A stretch of 63,886 bases of DNA, filler included, from Aduncisulcus paluster (Eukaryota), in the NCBI GenBank assembly GCA_024181965.1. It is 6 parts of 6 records of this genome, joined end to end, with 100 filler letters (N's around TTAATTAATTAA, not from the genome) between each part and the next. Parts side by side here need not be neighbours in the genome. Positions count along the whole stretch, not along the records: positions 16,098 to 24,834 come from BQXS01009978.1; positions 24,935 to 43,760 come from BQXS01009980.1; 4 more parts are not named here. One strand, given 5' to 3'. The notes below the pieces were generated by a model. It made no database searches. It was given only the letters and a program-made list of their open reading frames with translations, and was not told where the DNA came from. The position numbers were made by a program, and so were the translations under genes. Shown piece after piece: positions 24,138 to 38,583 of this stretch (the stretch's first letter is position 1; each line of letters begins with the position of its first letter).

Positions 24138-24834
24138 AATTACTCTCTAGATGATCTCTATAATTCGGAGTTGAAAATGAAAGAATATGAGTTAATAAGC
24201 AAATTAACAATTGATATCTTTAAAGAATAGGAATTAGATTCAATTAAAACAACGATCTACATCATTTCAAGAAAAGACAAATTTTCTAGAACATACAACA
24301 AAAGGACTTAAATGTATTTTGAGCTAATAATAAATTAAATTTAATTTTGTCTTAAAAAGTACTTCTTGTGAGCAAAACAAAAGAAAATTGTTCCAAATGT
24401 TCTGTTTCTATCTCAGTTCGGCTGACTACTCAATTCTATCTCCTTCAACATCATATTATTTCGTCGATTTGCAGTTACCTGTCTTCTGATGTTACCCTAA
24501 TGTGATTACTTTGAGTAGTTACCCATTTCGATCCATCAGCATATTTTGATATTCTCCATTATACTGAAGTGAACTACACCTACATTCTCTAATACCCAAT
24601 TTTTAATCAATACTTGGTTTCATTGCTTCCTATTCACTCTTGACTCCTTTCTAAAATGACTTAGCTTATTTTGATGGCTCTAGAGAGTAGCATCTTGATG
24701 CCTTGTCTTGCTAAATCTTCTCAATATATGTTTGCTGTTGCCTTTTTCAGAAATTTCTATTGATTACCGTACACTCATTCCTTCCTACTCCTCGGTTCTT
24801 TAGTTACACACTATGTGCAACTTTTGTTCACGAA

Positions 24835-24934
24835 NNNNNNNNNNNNNNNNNNNNNNNNNNNNNNNNNNNNNNNNNNNNTTAATTAATTAANNNNNNNNNN
24901 NNNNNNNNNNNNNNNNNNNNNNNNNNNNNNNNNN
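24835..24934. other. Artificial contig linker
   Basis: N44-TTAATTAATTAA-N44. Confidence 0.98.
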
Positions 24935-25588
24935 AAGTTTCGCAATGTATTTCACGTTATAAATATAAAATCTCGGATCTGATTTCAAAGGATGAGTTTA
25001 CAGTGGCTCATGGAATAATTTGCCAGGTTGTGGGTGAACACGATATAAAAGAACTTAGAAGAATGCGTTCTTTTGATGAGATTAAATGGCCGGTTGAAGA
25101 TATTGAAGATTATAAGATGGAAGGAAGTAATTTGTTTTTCTTGGCAAGATATTTAGATGGTACAGACAAATGGGAACCATTACCAAAGGTTATTGGAACA
25201 TTACCATTAGAGAAATTTATTATCTCGCACCCGGAATTAATATATCGAATTGCTGAGCAAGGTTCGAAATATAAAATTAAAAGAAAACCTGGTAGGAAAA
25301 GGAAAGGATAGTCTGATTAATGGAAAAAAAAACAATCATCATAATACGAGAATTATAAAAAGAAAGAAGGTAGTGTTAGTATGATGGTATTACAATGTTG
25401 TTTATTTATTATTGACAGAAACTATTATTATTATTTATTATTTTGAAGTTATCATCTTATTATATTAAAGGATTAAGAATGTTTTATTTTTGGTTCCGGT
25501 TTGGTTTCAAATCCAAAAACTGGGAATTTATATTTTATTTCAAAATAGTAAATTTGCTCCAAGCATAAATTCTGTAGAACAGCTAACA
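24935..25588 (+). mobile_element. 3' end of a chromodomain-bearing Ty3/gypsy LTR retrotransposon: integrase C-terminus, PPT and 3' LTR
   Basis: Frame open from the contig edge to 25311 encodes chromodomain-like WPVEDIEDYKMEGSNLFFLARYLDGTDKWEP. Purine tract AAAAAGAAAGAAGG(TAG) directly precedes TGTTAG (25374); the inverse CTAACA ends at 25588. Confidence 0.75.
25374..25588 (+). repeat. Putative 215-bp LTR with TGTTAG...CTAACA termini
   Basis: Perfect 6-bp inverted termini with canonical TG...CA, adjacent to a PPT. The second LTR is not in the window. Confidence 0.65.
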
Positions 25589-25669
25589 ACACTAAAATTT
25601 ATTTCAAGTTTGGAAACATAACAAAATCATCCGGAATCTCTGCTTGTGATTTTGGACACTCTGTCTGAT

Positions 25670-28600
25670 TTAATAAGAACGAAAATCTGAAATCAACAGT
25701 TCACACACATCTTCACAATGTAAATGTCGGATTCTCTCAAGGAATTCCTCTTCCGATATGTAATTGGCACCACGAGCCATTTGATTTATAACAGAGGCGG
25801 TCAAAGATACAATATGTTTTGGGTCATCCATCACAATTCTTGTTGTATCAAACTCAAATAGGAGAGTTTCTGCCAAAACACCACACATTCCGTTGAGACA
25901 ATCATCCCCTTTTAATTGAAGAAGACAATTCAACACAATGAGTTTAAATGGCGAATCGTGATTAAAGGAACCATCAGGGTTGAAAAATGCTTTTAATACA
26001 ATGTCTGAATCTCTAAATTCACTAGTATCATCTCCACTCAAATGTTTTTGCCTTCGGTAGCAAACATTTATCATTTCTTTAAAATCGCCAACATTAACAC
26101 TCGAAGGATTATGAATGAAGGCAAAGAAAGTTGGGAACCATTCAGCACCATCTAGAATTTCTGTGGATGACCAAGGTTCTGGATAATTATGAATTTGGCA
26201 CATGACAAATAACCAATGATCAAACTGGAGTGGAGATATTGGGAGACAAAGATTCAAAAAGCCACAATTCCACAAAGCCAATACACGTTTTCCTTCAGAA
26301 GAATCTCGAATGATGTCCAAGGATTGGAAGGGTGAGCTAGAATCAGGACTGAAATAATTCAATGTTGACAACTCATGTTCAGTGATCTTTACCAATACAT
26401 CTTGAAGATATTTCGTTTTCTTATGTAAATCTCCAGTGGCAAATACATTATCGACATTTTGATTCGCCCAAACCAAGAATTCATATCCCCAAGGTTCAGT
26501 AATATCACAATTTTGGACTTTATCCATGAAAAATTCAAGAGGCTTATTATCGGTTGAATATGCAAAAGCAATCCACATGGCATTGAAGATTAGATCTTTT
26601 TCCTCTTCTTGGGGTTCTTTTCCTAAGTGATCAACAATATTTTCAGCCAATTGAGCCGTAGTTTTTGAATTAGAATTCACATTAGTCTTGAGAAGATTAA
26701 TAAAATCTTCAACGGGAACAGCTCTTAAACAATCAACTTTGTCAAGGACAACACTCAACAGACGAGTAAATCCTTCAATATCCGTTGTGATTCTTCTTCG
26801 TGACCATTCCTCGCGGGCAACTTTCCAGTCGAATGTGTAGTTTCTTTGGGCTGCCTCCACCATAGCATCAAGATCTTGGTATTGCCCACTCCAAGCGAGA
26901 GCAAAAGTTTTTGTTCTCCATGTTGGCTCTTTTGAATCAAGCATGATGGGAAGACCAACTTGATCCATAAATGGGGTATCATAAAATCTTTCAAGGCGAA
27001 CTTTTTCCATAAGATCAGAATCCTCTCCTTCTAAGAATTTACGGTTACGAATGTAAACACACAAAAGGGATGCATATATCTGAAGACGGACAGCCGGAAC
27101 ATATTTTGTCAGTTGGGAATGTCTTCCAAGGAATTTGGGAATAGAAATGATGTTATCTGGAATTTGTAGTTTTCCATTGACTTCTCGTGGAGTATTACAA
27201 ATGAATAGCAAATACACAATACACTCAATAGGATTCTTAAATTTGCCAAGCGTGAGAGGTGTTGCAACATCTTTGTAGGTTTTAAATTCATGTTTCATTG
27301 GAACAGTTGGATTGTGCGAAGAAAAGGAGGATACCAAGTTCTTGAATCCACGAACAAACATTCTAACATTTTCATAACCTATTGTGGGATTCTTTCCATG
27401 AACAGCAGCAAGTAAAGGCTCTTCAATATCAGGAGACATGAAAACATCTTTAATCTTATTCATTTCACGAATAGAAGTGGCTTCTGAACCAAATACTGCA
27501 CAAGCAATAACATAGTACCATTCGATCTGTGATTTCTGTAAAATCGATATTTCTTCACTCTGTTTATACTTATTGTCGAAAATTCTATTGAATCTCCTAT
27601 TAGTTATACGAGTTTCATAGATTTTCACGGATTCTTTGTCAAATGAAACATCATCTCGAAGTTTCATCATTTTTGTTATATCATCGGAATCAATTCGATT
27701 AGCAATTAAAATGACTTTCATATTGTCTCGCCCTTTCAACCAATCAAACAAGTCAACTTTTTGAGGGGTTGACATCATGTGATATTCATCAATAACAAGA
27801 GAGAATGCAGACAAAGGAAGTCCAGTTGACAATATCTTCTCATTGAGATAATCAATCAAAGAACGTCGAACAAGAGTATCAGAAGATCCATCAATTCGTA
27901 AGTATTTGATCTTGGCTTTTTCAAGAATAGGTTTGACAAGTTCTTCCATGGTATATGTTTTACCAGCACCAGGACTCGATACAATCATATTTACATAACA
28001 CTTGCGCTTCATAGTGAGGGCTGCTTTCTTGAAAGTTTCATTATCTGAATCAATAGAGATACCTTTTTCTATTCCAAGAGCGTCTTTTACATCATCATCA
28101 AACATATCATCACCAGCCATTAGACATTTCATAATGCTGTTTTCTGTCACATCTTTCTTTTTTAAATCAGACCAATCAACACACATTTCTAATTTATGCG
28201 AATCAAGAGAATGAAGAACGGAAGCAGGAGATATTTCATCAACTTTCCCTTCAACGGTGGTTTCAAGTGCATTTTTTGTTTTGGATACGACAGTGCACAT
28301 TCCATCCAATTCCTTTTCAATATCCTTCTTTGTTAATAACATGGGAGGTTTGGTTTTTACCGTACACCTATCGCGTTGTTCGCTAAAACAGAAGAAAATA
28401 TTCGTGCCGACAAAATAAACAAACTTATAAGGACGGAAGAAAAGCCATTCGGCAAGCCATTTCAATGCGCGATCAGGAATAGAAGTTAATCCTTCAACAA
28501 TTACTCCCAAAGTGAACTCTGAAAATTTTCGAATAATATCAAAATAGAGTTTAGAAGCTGTATTATCATCGGCAGCAACACCAAAGTATGAGCTGACAAG

Positions 28601-31600
28601 TTTTTTGGCTTCATCAGCTGGTATTCGATAATATTCAACATTCATGCACTTTTTAAAACTGTGGACATGCTCAGGTTTAATCACATAAACGCTATAACCC
28701 TCTCTACGGGTGCAAAATGGCTGAATGGCATTGGGAATTTTGAATACTCCTTGGAAACTGCTATGAATACGAGACGATTCGTTGTATAGATTTCCTTCAG
28801 TATTAATGATAGGGAAAGCCTTTGCAAGAAGATGGGCCATAATAGTACTGTTAACGGATCTTGAAGTTTCAAGCGGATGATAAGTGCTATCAAGAGCTAA
28901 AATATCAAGGAACCATCTCTTACACTTCTTCATGTCAAATGGAGAAACAAGAAGCTTCGATAACCACTCAAGAATTGGAGATAACGAATCAAGTGGAGTA
29001 TCACGTTCAGACTTTTTGAAGAAATCTTTCTCTGAAGTAATCTTTCTCGATTGGTCATAAAGTAACTCAAATCTAGATGCAAGCCATACTCCACAAAAGA
29101 AACCAATTGTATCAGACTTGTGTTTGATAATAATATCTTGCTTTTCTTGTTCAATCCAGAATATTGGAGCAGATCTATCAAAGAAGGATAAAGTTGAAAA
29201 GGAATTCATTCTACGAATTGAACCTCTTCCCTCTTTTATATCAAATAGGGTGTTCACATCTCCAACTGATTCGGGGTTTAGTATCTCATCGTTAGATGAC
29301 CTGTTCCAGGCATTTTGAAAATCTTTATATTGACGATTAATCTTTTTTTCCCGCTCCTCTTTGTCAGTAAGTAATGGAGAAGCAAGTCCTTCTTTCATAT
29401 TTTGAATCAATTTCCAAGATTTTTCTCTAAATTTTTTTTGACACATGGGATGCACACCAAAATTATTGCCATCACTTGAAGGACCATCGTGAAGGATAAT
29501 TTCTTCTTCGCTAGAAACACTTGATATTTTTCGAATGAAATGGAGAGCATCTTTAACCGAAGGATCTAAAACGCAATTCAGGATTGAATGAAATTGGAGG
29601 ATCGAGAGACAGATTTTAGCATGTTTCGAAATTCCATATTGAGATCTGTGAATATCAATAGTTTTTAGTACAACTCTTTCAAAATTCCGAATGATTCCTG
29701 GGTGATAACGATCATCTAACTCACCAACATGTGATTTCACTGCGGTATAGAATTCTGTACGGAATTTTTCCTTAAATTTGGAGACACCAGAATCAGGAGA
29801 GAAAAATGATTCATCTGTTTCAGAAGGAGAATTATCCTTCGATTCCGAATTGTATTCATCCAAAATTTTCTTGAGAATCAGACACAACATTTTTTCTGAG
29901 TCAAGATATTTTTTATAATCAGATGCTGCCTCCTTCATTTTATCGTCCAAATTAGTTCTTCCAACTTCTTCCCAAATAAAACAACTTTGCCACCATGATA
30001 ATGAAAGTGATGGGAGTACTGGAATCTCTTTTCCACACAATCCAAGTGCACAAACAATGATACTGTGTATGAGTTGTCTCACAGATTCGGAAAGACGAAG
30101 GGAGCAGATTTCACTCATATGTAAGAAATGCCATAATTTATATTCAGGATTCTCAACATGCTTTTCTTCGGTGGCAGCAAAGATAGGTACCCAACGATTT
30201 CCTTGGTCATTTCTTCTCAAAATGAATCCATCATTTGATACAAGAGTAACTGGACATTCTTGATCAAGAAGATAATTGTAAGCTTCCCTGGAAGTACTGA
30301 AGACTTCCTGAATTTCATCAATATCAACTATCTTCTCAGACCATTGGGAAAGAATAATCATTTTGAACATATTCTTGTTACATTCATGATCATTTAAGCT
30401 GTCAGGATGGTTGATCATTAATACTTGAGTGGCAGGACGTATTCTAATTTGGCAAAAGTGAGGAAAACTATCGATTGACAAGAGATCAGATACATCAACA
30501 ACCATATCATTCTTTGGCTTTGGCTTCTTGAATGTCTTCACTTGGCGTTCTATGACATGAATTACGTCATCATCATGCTTTTCTTCTGCCATTTTGAAAA
30601 ATTCAGGAATAACAAAATCATTTGTGTCCTCCTCAATTGAAGAATGGAGAATTGATAATGAATTGGAGTTTTTGGGATTTTCTGATTGAAGATCTTGGAC
30701 ATCTTTGGCTTTAACCATTTCAAATTTTAGAATTTTTGCCTTGGAAATAGTATCAGATAGCGGCTGTTCAGAAATGAGAGGATTTTTGTCAACTTTATCC
30801 TTTTTAGAAGGTGTATGGCGAGTAATATAATAGGGAGACTTATCATTTAGGTTTAAAATGTTATATCCGATATTTATACTATCACAATACTCAGCATAAA
30901 TTGGTTCTTTATCAAATTTTATGGTAAAATCTTTTGAAAGATATAATAATTCATTGAATATAGAATCGGAAAAGGGGAGAATAAACTCATCTCTTTTTGA
31001 TTCTCCCAATACTTTCAACCAAGAAACAAACTTCAAACCCTTTGAACTTAATAGAGGAGAAAAATGAAGAAAAGCAGCATCATTCACACAACAAATCAGA
31101 TCAAAACGATGCTTGTCTTTGCGTTTGCATTTAAGATTTTCACGGAGCCTGTCGAAGAAAATTGTCATGTACACAAATTCCCACCGATCATCATCAGAAT
31201 GTAATAGACCAATTACTTCGGCAAGGATACCCATTGTTTCAACAAGAGAATTATTCATTTCCGTCCGAGAATCTAGATATTTTTTGTCTTTTTGTCTCTT
31301 TGGATACTCTTCTTCGAAAGAAAGGATGAGAGTTGAAGCTTTATCAGCAAGATGGCGGATAGCATAGGCCATGAGTTCCTTGAGTTTGTTGATACTAGCT
31401 TCATCATTCAACTCTTTCACATCAGGAAATTGAGGAACAATTTCATGACAAAGATTATAAATAACTGAAATATAATTCATGGTGATCTTAATGCTATCAA
31501 GATTATTCCTCAACAAGCACACTTTCATATCAGTAGACTTAATACAGCAAGTTTCAGTGCGGTTTGGGAAAGTACTAAACGTGAAAACTTTAAAGAAGTC

Positions 31601-34600
31601 TCGATTCCGATTCAACATTTTTTCTTTGATTCTTTTGAACTGGTCGACAAGTTTGGGATTGTTCCAAGATAAATCTTTAACTAATTCTTCAATATGACTC
31701 TCTTTCAATCCACATAATAAAAGCCAACGGTAGGCACACGAAAAGTTGATGAGGGTGGTAGGTCTATATCCTTGATGAAACTTCTTATCCTTTGTAGAGG
31801 GGTCTGATTTCTTATGGTTATATAGGAAGACTTGGGCAATTAACATTTTAATTGATTCACAAAGAGTTTTACAAGAGAATCCGATATCAGCTTGGAATAT
31901 ACGATAATGAATAACCATTTTATCAAAATCATATGGTTCGATTGCCAAATAGTCGGGATGTTTTTCATAAATATTACGTTTACACTCGGTTATGGTTTCA
32001 ATAACAATTTTTTCGGGAACAGGACGTTCATAGGTTAACATACGATACGGAGCATAACCTTTGACTTCAAGTTGTCCAACATCAAGGAGGATACTTCGAC
32101 AACGATATGATTTGGCACCAGAAACAGAACACATGGCGTTATACATGGACGTTGAGAGAGTGTGAGGTGCAATAAAGAACACCGAAGAGAGTGGCAAGGA
32201 ATCAACGGGAGTTGAAGAACAGTATTTTGAAAATGCCGTGCTAATAGGACGAACTTCATCATTATCTCCTCCAAGAAGACCTTTAAGAAAATTAAAGCTC
32301 TTCTCATCGGCAATAAGAGGGAAAATGTCAATATACATACAATTTCCCAACACCCATGCAATCCAACTAAGTGTTGGAAAATTCGGGTTTTGGTTTTTTA
32401 TAGCATAATGGAAAATAGCAGAAAAATCTGATGTTCTTAGAGTATTGCAGTGAAAAACAATATCTTTTGTGGACTCTTCAGCGGGTTTTTCGAAATATTC
32501 GCAGTACAACTTCAATAATGTATCGTAGGCTGTTAAATGTAGTTGAATAGCATGAGAATGAGATTTCAATCTGATAAAATCAATCAGAGGTTTGATAGCC
32601 TCCTTGCCATTGCTCGAAGATACTTCACATAAACAATACAGGAGATTATGAGTGAAATCAGAAGAATCTTTCCATAGTTTTGAGATTTCAGCCAGATCAA
32701 TGGATTCCCGATCATCATCAAGTGAATATGAGCTTTCATTACTATCAGATAATTCAGTAGGTTCATTTTTCATCGAGATTTCAGATTCTTCCTCTTCCTC
32801 CTCTTCTCTTTTTGCATGAATTCTTTCTGATTCACTCTTTTCTGACTCACTTTTCTCTTCTTCAATCAGGTCTGTTGGATTATCTTGAGTGATTTCAGCC
32901 ATAATCGATTGTTCTTTGTCATTTCTAATTGATTTGAAAAGATCTGAATATTTTGGGGAAATGTGTTGATCAAGATACTTCTTCATGAATTCATCACGTT
33001 CTGGAAGAATGAGTTCAGTGGAAACTCCAATTTTGTCAGAATTTTTCGAATCTAGGTCTATATCATCAGCTTCAGAGGGTTTTCCTTTTTCATACTGTTG
33101 AGCGACATGGAATAGTCGTAAAACAGAAGGGATACCCATGGAATACTGGGTTCCATTAAACTTCTTTTCGGCATATTTTTCAAAGAATTCACAATACAAT
33201 ATTGAGATTCCAATATCTTTGTCATTGGATAAATTCTCGAAATTGGTTTTTACAAACACAGAATAACTTTTCTCTAAGCATTTCTCAGCAGCCGGACTGG
33301 ACATGATAAAAGCAGCGGCTGAAGGAGATAGGGTTGGAAATGATGACCCATAGGCTAAATTATCGAACTCTTTGAGCATATCTCTTTCATCCGCGTGATA
33401 CCACTTTCTGAGAGCTGATAAACCAGGCCAGCAATTATTGATGGGAATTGTACCATCTTTCTCAAGAACACTATTGGTATTTGTTGAAAGAAAGAATTCA
33501 ATAAAAGCTCGCCCAAGAACTTTGGTACCTCTTCTCCACTCATCAATTGTGCTACCATCCAACCGGAAAAGTTGGCGAGCCAATTCATATTGATCTCTGA
33601 AAAGATTTTTTGGGGAATCAAATTCGATACATTGACTTAGAGTATCGACATAAGAGTTGATATCTGTATCAGAAGACAAAGAAGGACAAATGACAATTCC
33701 ATTATTCGTCATAATCTGGATTTCAGATGGGACAAACTGGACTGAAATATTACCAAGACTCTGAGAAGCGAATTTAAAAACCCATTTTAACGCAATATAT
33801 CTTTTGTGTAACCATTTTGCAGAATCTGATTTAATTTTGAAAAATTCGGTAAAATCTTCCACAAGAGAGAGAGAATTCTCACCTTTCTCATAATAAGAAC
33901 CAAAGAATGGAGTCAAGTCGCTAAATAAACTCTCGAAACAGGATCCATCAACGCTAAAAAATTTATCAATAATAGCTTGAGGTTTCAGACACATATATAG
34001 AGCAAACTTATCAAGAGAGATTCTAAAGATATTCCTCAAACTTTCACTGTTAGATCCACCATCCATAAAGACTTCAATAATAGAATTCCAGTCACAATCA
34101 AGCATTCTAACGCTACAATGTTTAATGTCATCAAAAACATCCGCTCTCGAAGTATTTGAACGAACATATGAAACTTCCTTATGTTTTGATGAAATGAGGG
34201 CAATAACCAGGGAACCAAGGTGTTTAGGGCACAAAGTTTGATTGCTAATATTGGACATTGAGCCATGGGAACAAATATGAGAATCTTTATAATCAAATCT
34301 CTTTTCTGTTCCCTGCAATTTATCCAAAATTTGGATAAGATAACGACGATAAAGTTCAACTCGATGGATATTAGGAAATGATCTAACAATAGGCACCAAA
34401 GTAATGAATTGATTGAATGAAAAAACTTCGAGTTCCTGAGATTTCTCAAAAAATGATGTAGTACTTGCAGATGCTACTTCTTTCATTAAATAAAGAAGGG
34501 ATAATGGCTTGATTGAGCCTTCTTCTTGATGCCCATTGAAAGGGGCGAGCAGAAAACCACATTCATTATATTCATCTTTTTCAGATATTTCACTTGGCAG

Positions 34601-37600
34601 GTTGAGAGTAGATTTATCTCTATCGCTTTCTGCAGAGGGGATTCCTTGGGCGTAAATTGAATTGAAATTTTCTGGGTCCCAACCAAAAATAGCAGATCCA
34701 TACACTAAGAATAAGTAAAAATGATATTCAAATTCTTCCTTTTTTGGTGCTTCTGGATCTATTAATTCGGAATAGACTCTTTTCAAGAGCATCGATGAAG
34801 GAGAAAAGCGAATTGGGAGACGTTTTATCGGAGATTTATCAGTCGGAATCTTCTTAAGACTATCAAGGAATCGGAAATCAAGCGAACTAAATACCATGAT
34901 AAGAAGATGATTTTGTGAAACCTCGGAGCAAAGTTTCATCAATTTTCTCAATTCCAATGTGTTACATCCCAACAAAACATGGATATGTGGATTTGCCGCC
35001 TTATTTCTTATGGAAGACTCAAGATCTTTAACTTGATTTGGTTCGGTACAATCAATGACATCTAGAGATGATTTTTCAGGACTGAAATACTGCGTTAATC
35101 GATCAACAAAGACCTTTTGAAGAGAGCTTAACATTTCAATCACAATAACATGTTCATTATCCATAATTCTAAGACCTTTATCATCGCCAGTTGTTCCAAA
35201 AATACTTTTTATCAAATCCGTTATTTTTGTACAAAAGGCCCAGCCCGGAGATGTTGCATACTCGGTGAAGTTTGTGGGGTCCATTGGCACATAACTCTGC
35301 AATGTGTACTCATATGAAATGTCGGGCAATCTTGAAGGATTCTCAAGATAATATTTATCACACCACCGCATGAAAGTACCATACCCAGAACCTTCAGCGT
35401 AAGTCTCAGGGATATAAAGTCGTTCTTGTTCAATAATGGAATTGGGAATGTTGATTTCGATACCCTCTCTTTCAAGTTGTTGCAAAATACCGGTCTGATA
35501 CTTCAAAAATATCTTTACAACATGACGAGGATGTGCAATTAGTGAGGCAAGCTTTTTCGGATCAAGAACTCCAATGATATCAATAATACAGAATTTACAA
35601 GTATTTCCCTGGTCATATTCATCCAATTGTCGACATACGTACTCAAAGACAGAATTTTCAATGGGAATTGTCATCAAATTGTGATGTGTGTAATGTTTTA
35701 CAACATCTCGAATCTCAGATTCATGTTCAGCGGAAATGACAGAATTACATAATGAAACACAAGAAGAATCAGTTGGAGAGAGCATTTTGGCCAGAAGTTT
35801 CCTGGCTTCTTTCACTTCAGAGGATGTAGCACTCTTGACCATGCATTTCTCTTCCCAGAATTCTTTTAATGGATCATTGAGGAATTTAAAATTTCGAAGA
35901 TCTTCAGGACGAAGGAAGTATATCAAAGAAGGTTGGGAGGACAAAAGCTTAATAAAATTATCTGGTGATCCATGAGCTCCAAAATGAAGAGCAATTAATC
36001 CAGCGATACTCTGACCCGGAAGAGTGGAAATATTTCCAAGATCTTTGATTTTTTGTGTGAGATGTTTTGAAACGGGACCAACCTGGCAAATTAATCGGGA
36101 AAACACACAAGAATCATTTCCAACAAATCGGATTTGCTTGGTTTTGTGAAAATCTTGTATCAAATTGTGATAATCTGGAAAATTTCTAACCTCACAAGGT
36201 TTCCCATTTTCACAAATAAGGGGAAACAAAAAGGGGGTGCTGATATCAACGATGTCATCATCAAGAGTTTCAAGAGGGTGGATTTCAAGGTGAGAGATTT
36301 GCTTCCCTTCAAATTCAAGATTGTCAAGGATGTCGGTAAAACTCAAGGCTCTTTCGTCAACTTCACCTCCTAAAAATTCAAGATAGAGTTTTTCATCTTC
36401 ATCTCCTTCAGTTTCTTTCGTAATTTTGTACTTTCCATCAACTCTAAGTCCAATTTCACGAACATGGGAATCATCTGGGGCAAATCCTTGCGAATCGTCA
36501 CTTCTGGTGTCTAAAAGTTTGATAACAGACTTTTTAATATGAATTGGGTCGTATTTTGTGTCTCGACGAACAATTAATCTGACTGAATTGGAAGAAGAAT
36601 GAGAATCGGTTCGACTCTTTCGAATGGCTTCCATTTTCTCGGTTGTAGCGTCAAAACAACGAAATAAAAGAATTCGTTCCATGGATCGAGTGATTTTGTT
36701 GAATTCTTGAAGCCAATTCTTAAGGAGTTTGACATAATCGGCAAGGTCTTCATGCTCATCGGTGGAAAAATCGAAATTCAACTTACATCCTTGAATCATT
36801 ACAAAGATATTTTTAATCATTGAAATCGTCAGCTTCTGTAAGTCAGTACTCTTCATTTCCCGGAAAAACTGAATTAAACCATTCTGGTGTTTGATTTTCC
36901 TCTCGAGATCTTCTCCTTCCAGATCAATTCCTTGTCCACAGAAGAAGGCAATGTAGTTTTGGAGTTCATTGACTTTTTTGCTCATAGAAGAATCTGAAGA
37001 AAAGCATCGTTCAAGAGAATTAAATGACTGGCGCTTGTGTTTGAAGAGGATGCGCAGGAACGTAGCATGATCATATGATTCATCTTCAATTTTGTCCTCA
37101 TAGGGAGAATTATCTTCTTCTTCTTCTTCACTGTGCATATGACCTGATGGAGAAGGTGGGATGGATTCGGTTTCATGTTTTCCCTGGTGGATCTGATGAG
37201 GAAGTAAGGCAGACTCGGTGAGAGGTATTCTCTCGAAGCAAGACAGTTCCNNNNNNNNNNNNNNNNNNNNGAATCTGAAGAAAAGCATCGTTCAAGAGAA
37301 TTAAATGACTGGCGCTTGTGTTTGAAGAGGATGCGCAGGAACGTAGCATGATCATATGATTCATCTTCAATTTTGTCCTCATAGGGAGAATTATCTTCTT
37401 CTTCTTCTTCACTGTGCATATGACCTGATGGAGAAGGTGGGATGGATTCGGTTTCATGTTTTCCCTGGTGGATCTGATGAGGAAGTAAGGCAGACTCGGT
37501 GAGAGGTATTCTCTCGAAGCAAGACAGTTCCTCTTGTGAATCTGACATCTTTTTGAGATAATTGAAGATGTGTCTCAGAATTTTGTTCCCTATTTCACTG

Positions 37601-38127
37601 CCATCGGAAAGTTGGTTCAATAATCGTTGATCATAACCAAGTTCTGCAACAGTCATCATTTGAAAAAGCTCAGGAATGGTTTTTGGGTCTGATATTTGTG
37701 AAATTTCTTCCTTTTTTGCAGTGGTTTCTTCTTCTTCCTTCTCTTCTTCATCATCTTCATTTCCCCATCCAAAACCATCCTCTTGTTCCGTACAAAATCG
37801 TTCAAAAGCTCTTTTCCAAGCGTGTCGATCTTTTTTGGTGTATCGAGTGAAGGCAGAGATAATAAATTGAAGAGCATCACTCTGGATATCCTCATAATCG
37901 AATTCAGAACAAAATTCAATCACACGTTTTTTGATATGTGAGTACATATCTCGGCGCGTATTTTCAAGAAAAGAGACACAAACTTTCTCAATTTCTCCAA
38001 GCAAGGCTTCTTTGGTCAAAATATCGACGTGGATGGGAGGTTCTTCTCCCAATAATCCAAGAAATAGATCTCGAATCTTTGCAGAGTAAGGATTCGGAGA
38101 ATGTGGGTTCTCTTCGTCAGTTGGCAT
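25670..38127 (-). CDS. Giant protein (~4058 aa after collapsing a 281-nt gap duplication) with an AAA+-like P-loop domain
   Basis: ORFs 36982-38127 and 25670-37288 overlap via sequence duplicated at 36990 and 37271. Walker A MIVSSPGAGKT (~27955-27990), Walker B LVIDEYH (~27780-27800), sensor-1-like VILIAN. Confidence 0.85.
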
Positions 38128-38583
38128 ACCAAAACTGTTATCAAAACATCTCTGAAGAAATGTTGGCGTCGAAAAATATGAATCTACAAATTATTTCATT
38201 TTTATTTCGAAAAAATAATGGAGAGGATCAAAAATAAATATTTTTCATTGTATTTTTTGATATGAACCGATAATACACGCTGCTCCCAAATTCCAAAAAC
38301 AGATTTGAGAAAATCTGTTTCAATTCGTGGGGATTTTTCGGTTATACTTATGGAAACTACATAAATGTGTGAAATAGATTGGAATAATAATAATTTGTTG
38401 CCGGTATTTTAGCCAGAAATTTGGGGATGGGGTGTCCATATTTATTTGACAAAAGAAACGAAAAATAACACATTTATTATTTCTAATAAAATTTTTATTA
38501 TTAGTTTGATCCTTTTTTGCCCTTTAGTTTGAAATAAAAACAGGTTAGAATGGAGATATGAACTTCTCATCATCTTGATCTCA

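Noticed and set aside
24420-24834. Possible decayed coding or transposon sequence at the contig end
   Set aside because: No ORF or motif to support a call.
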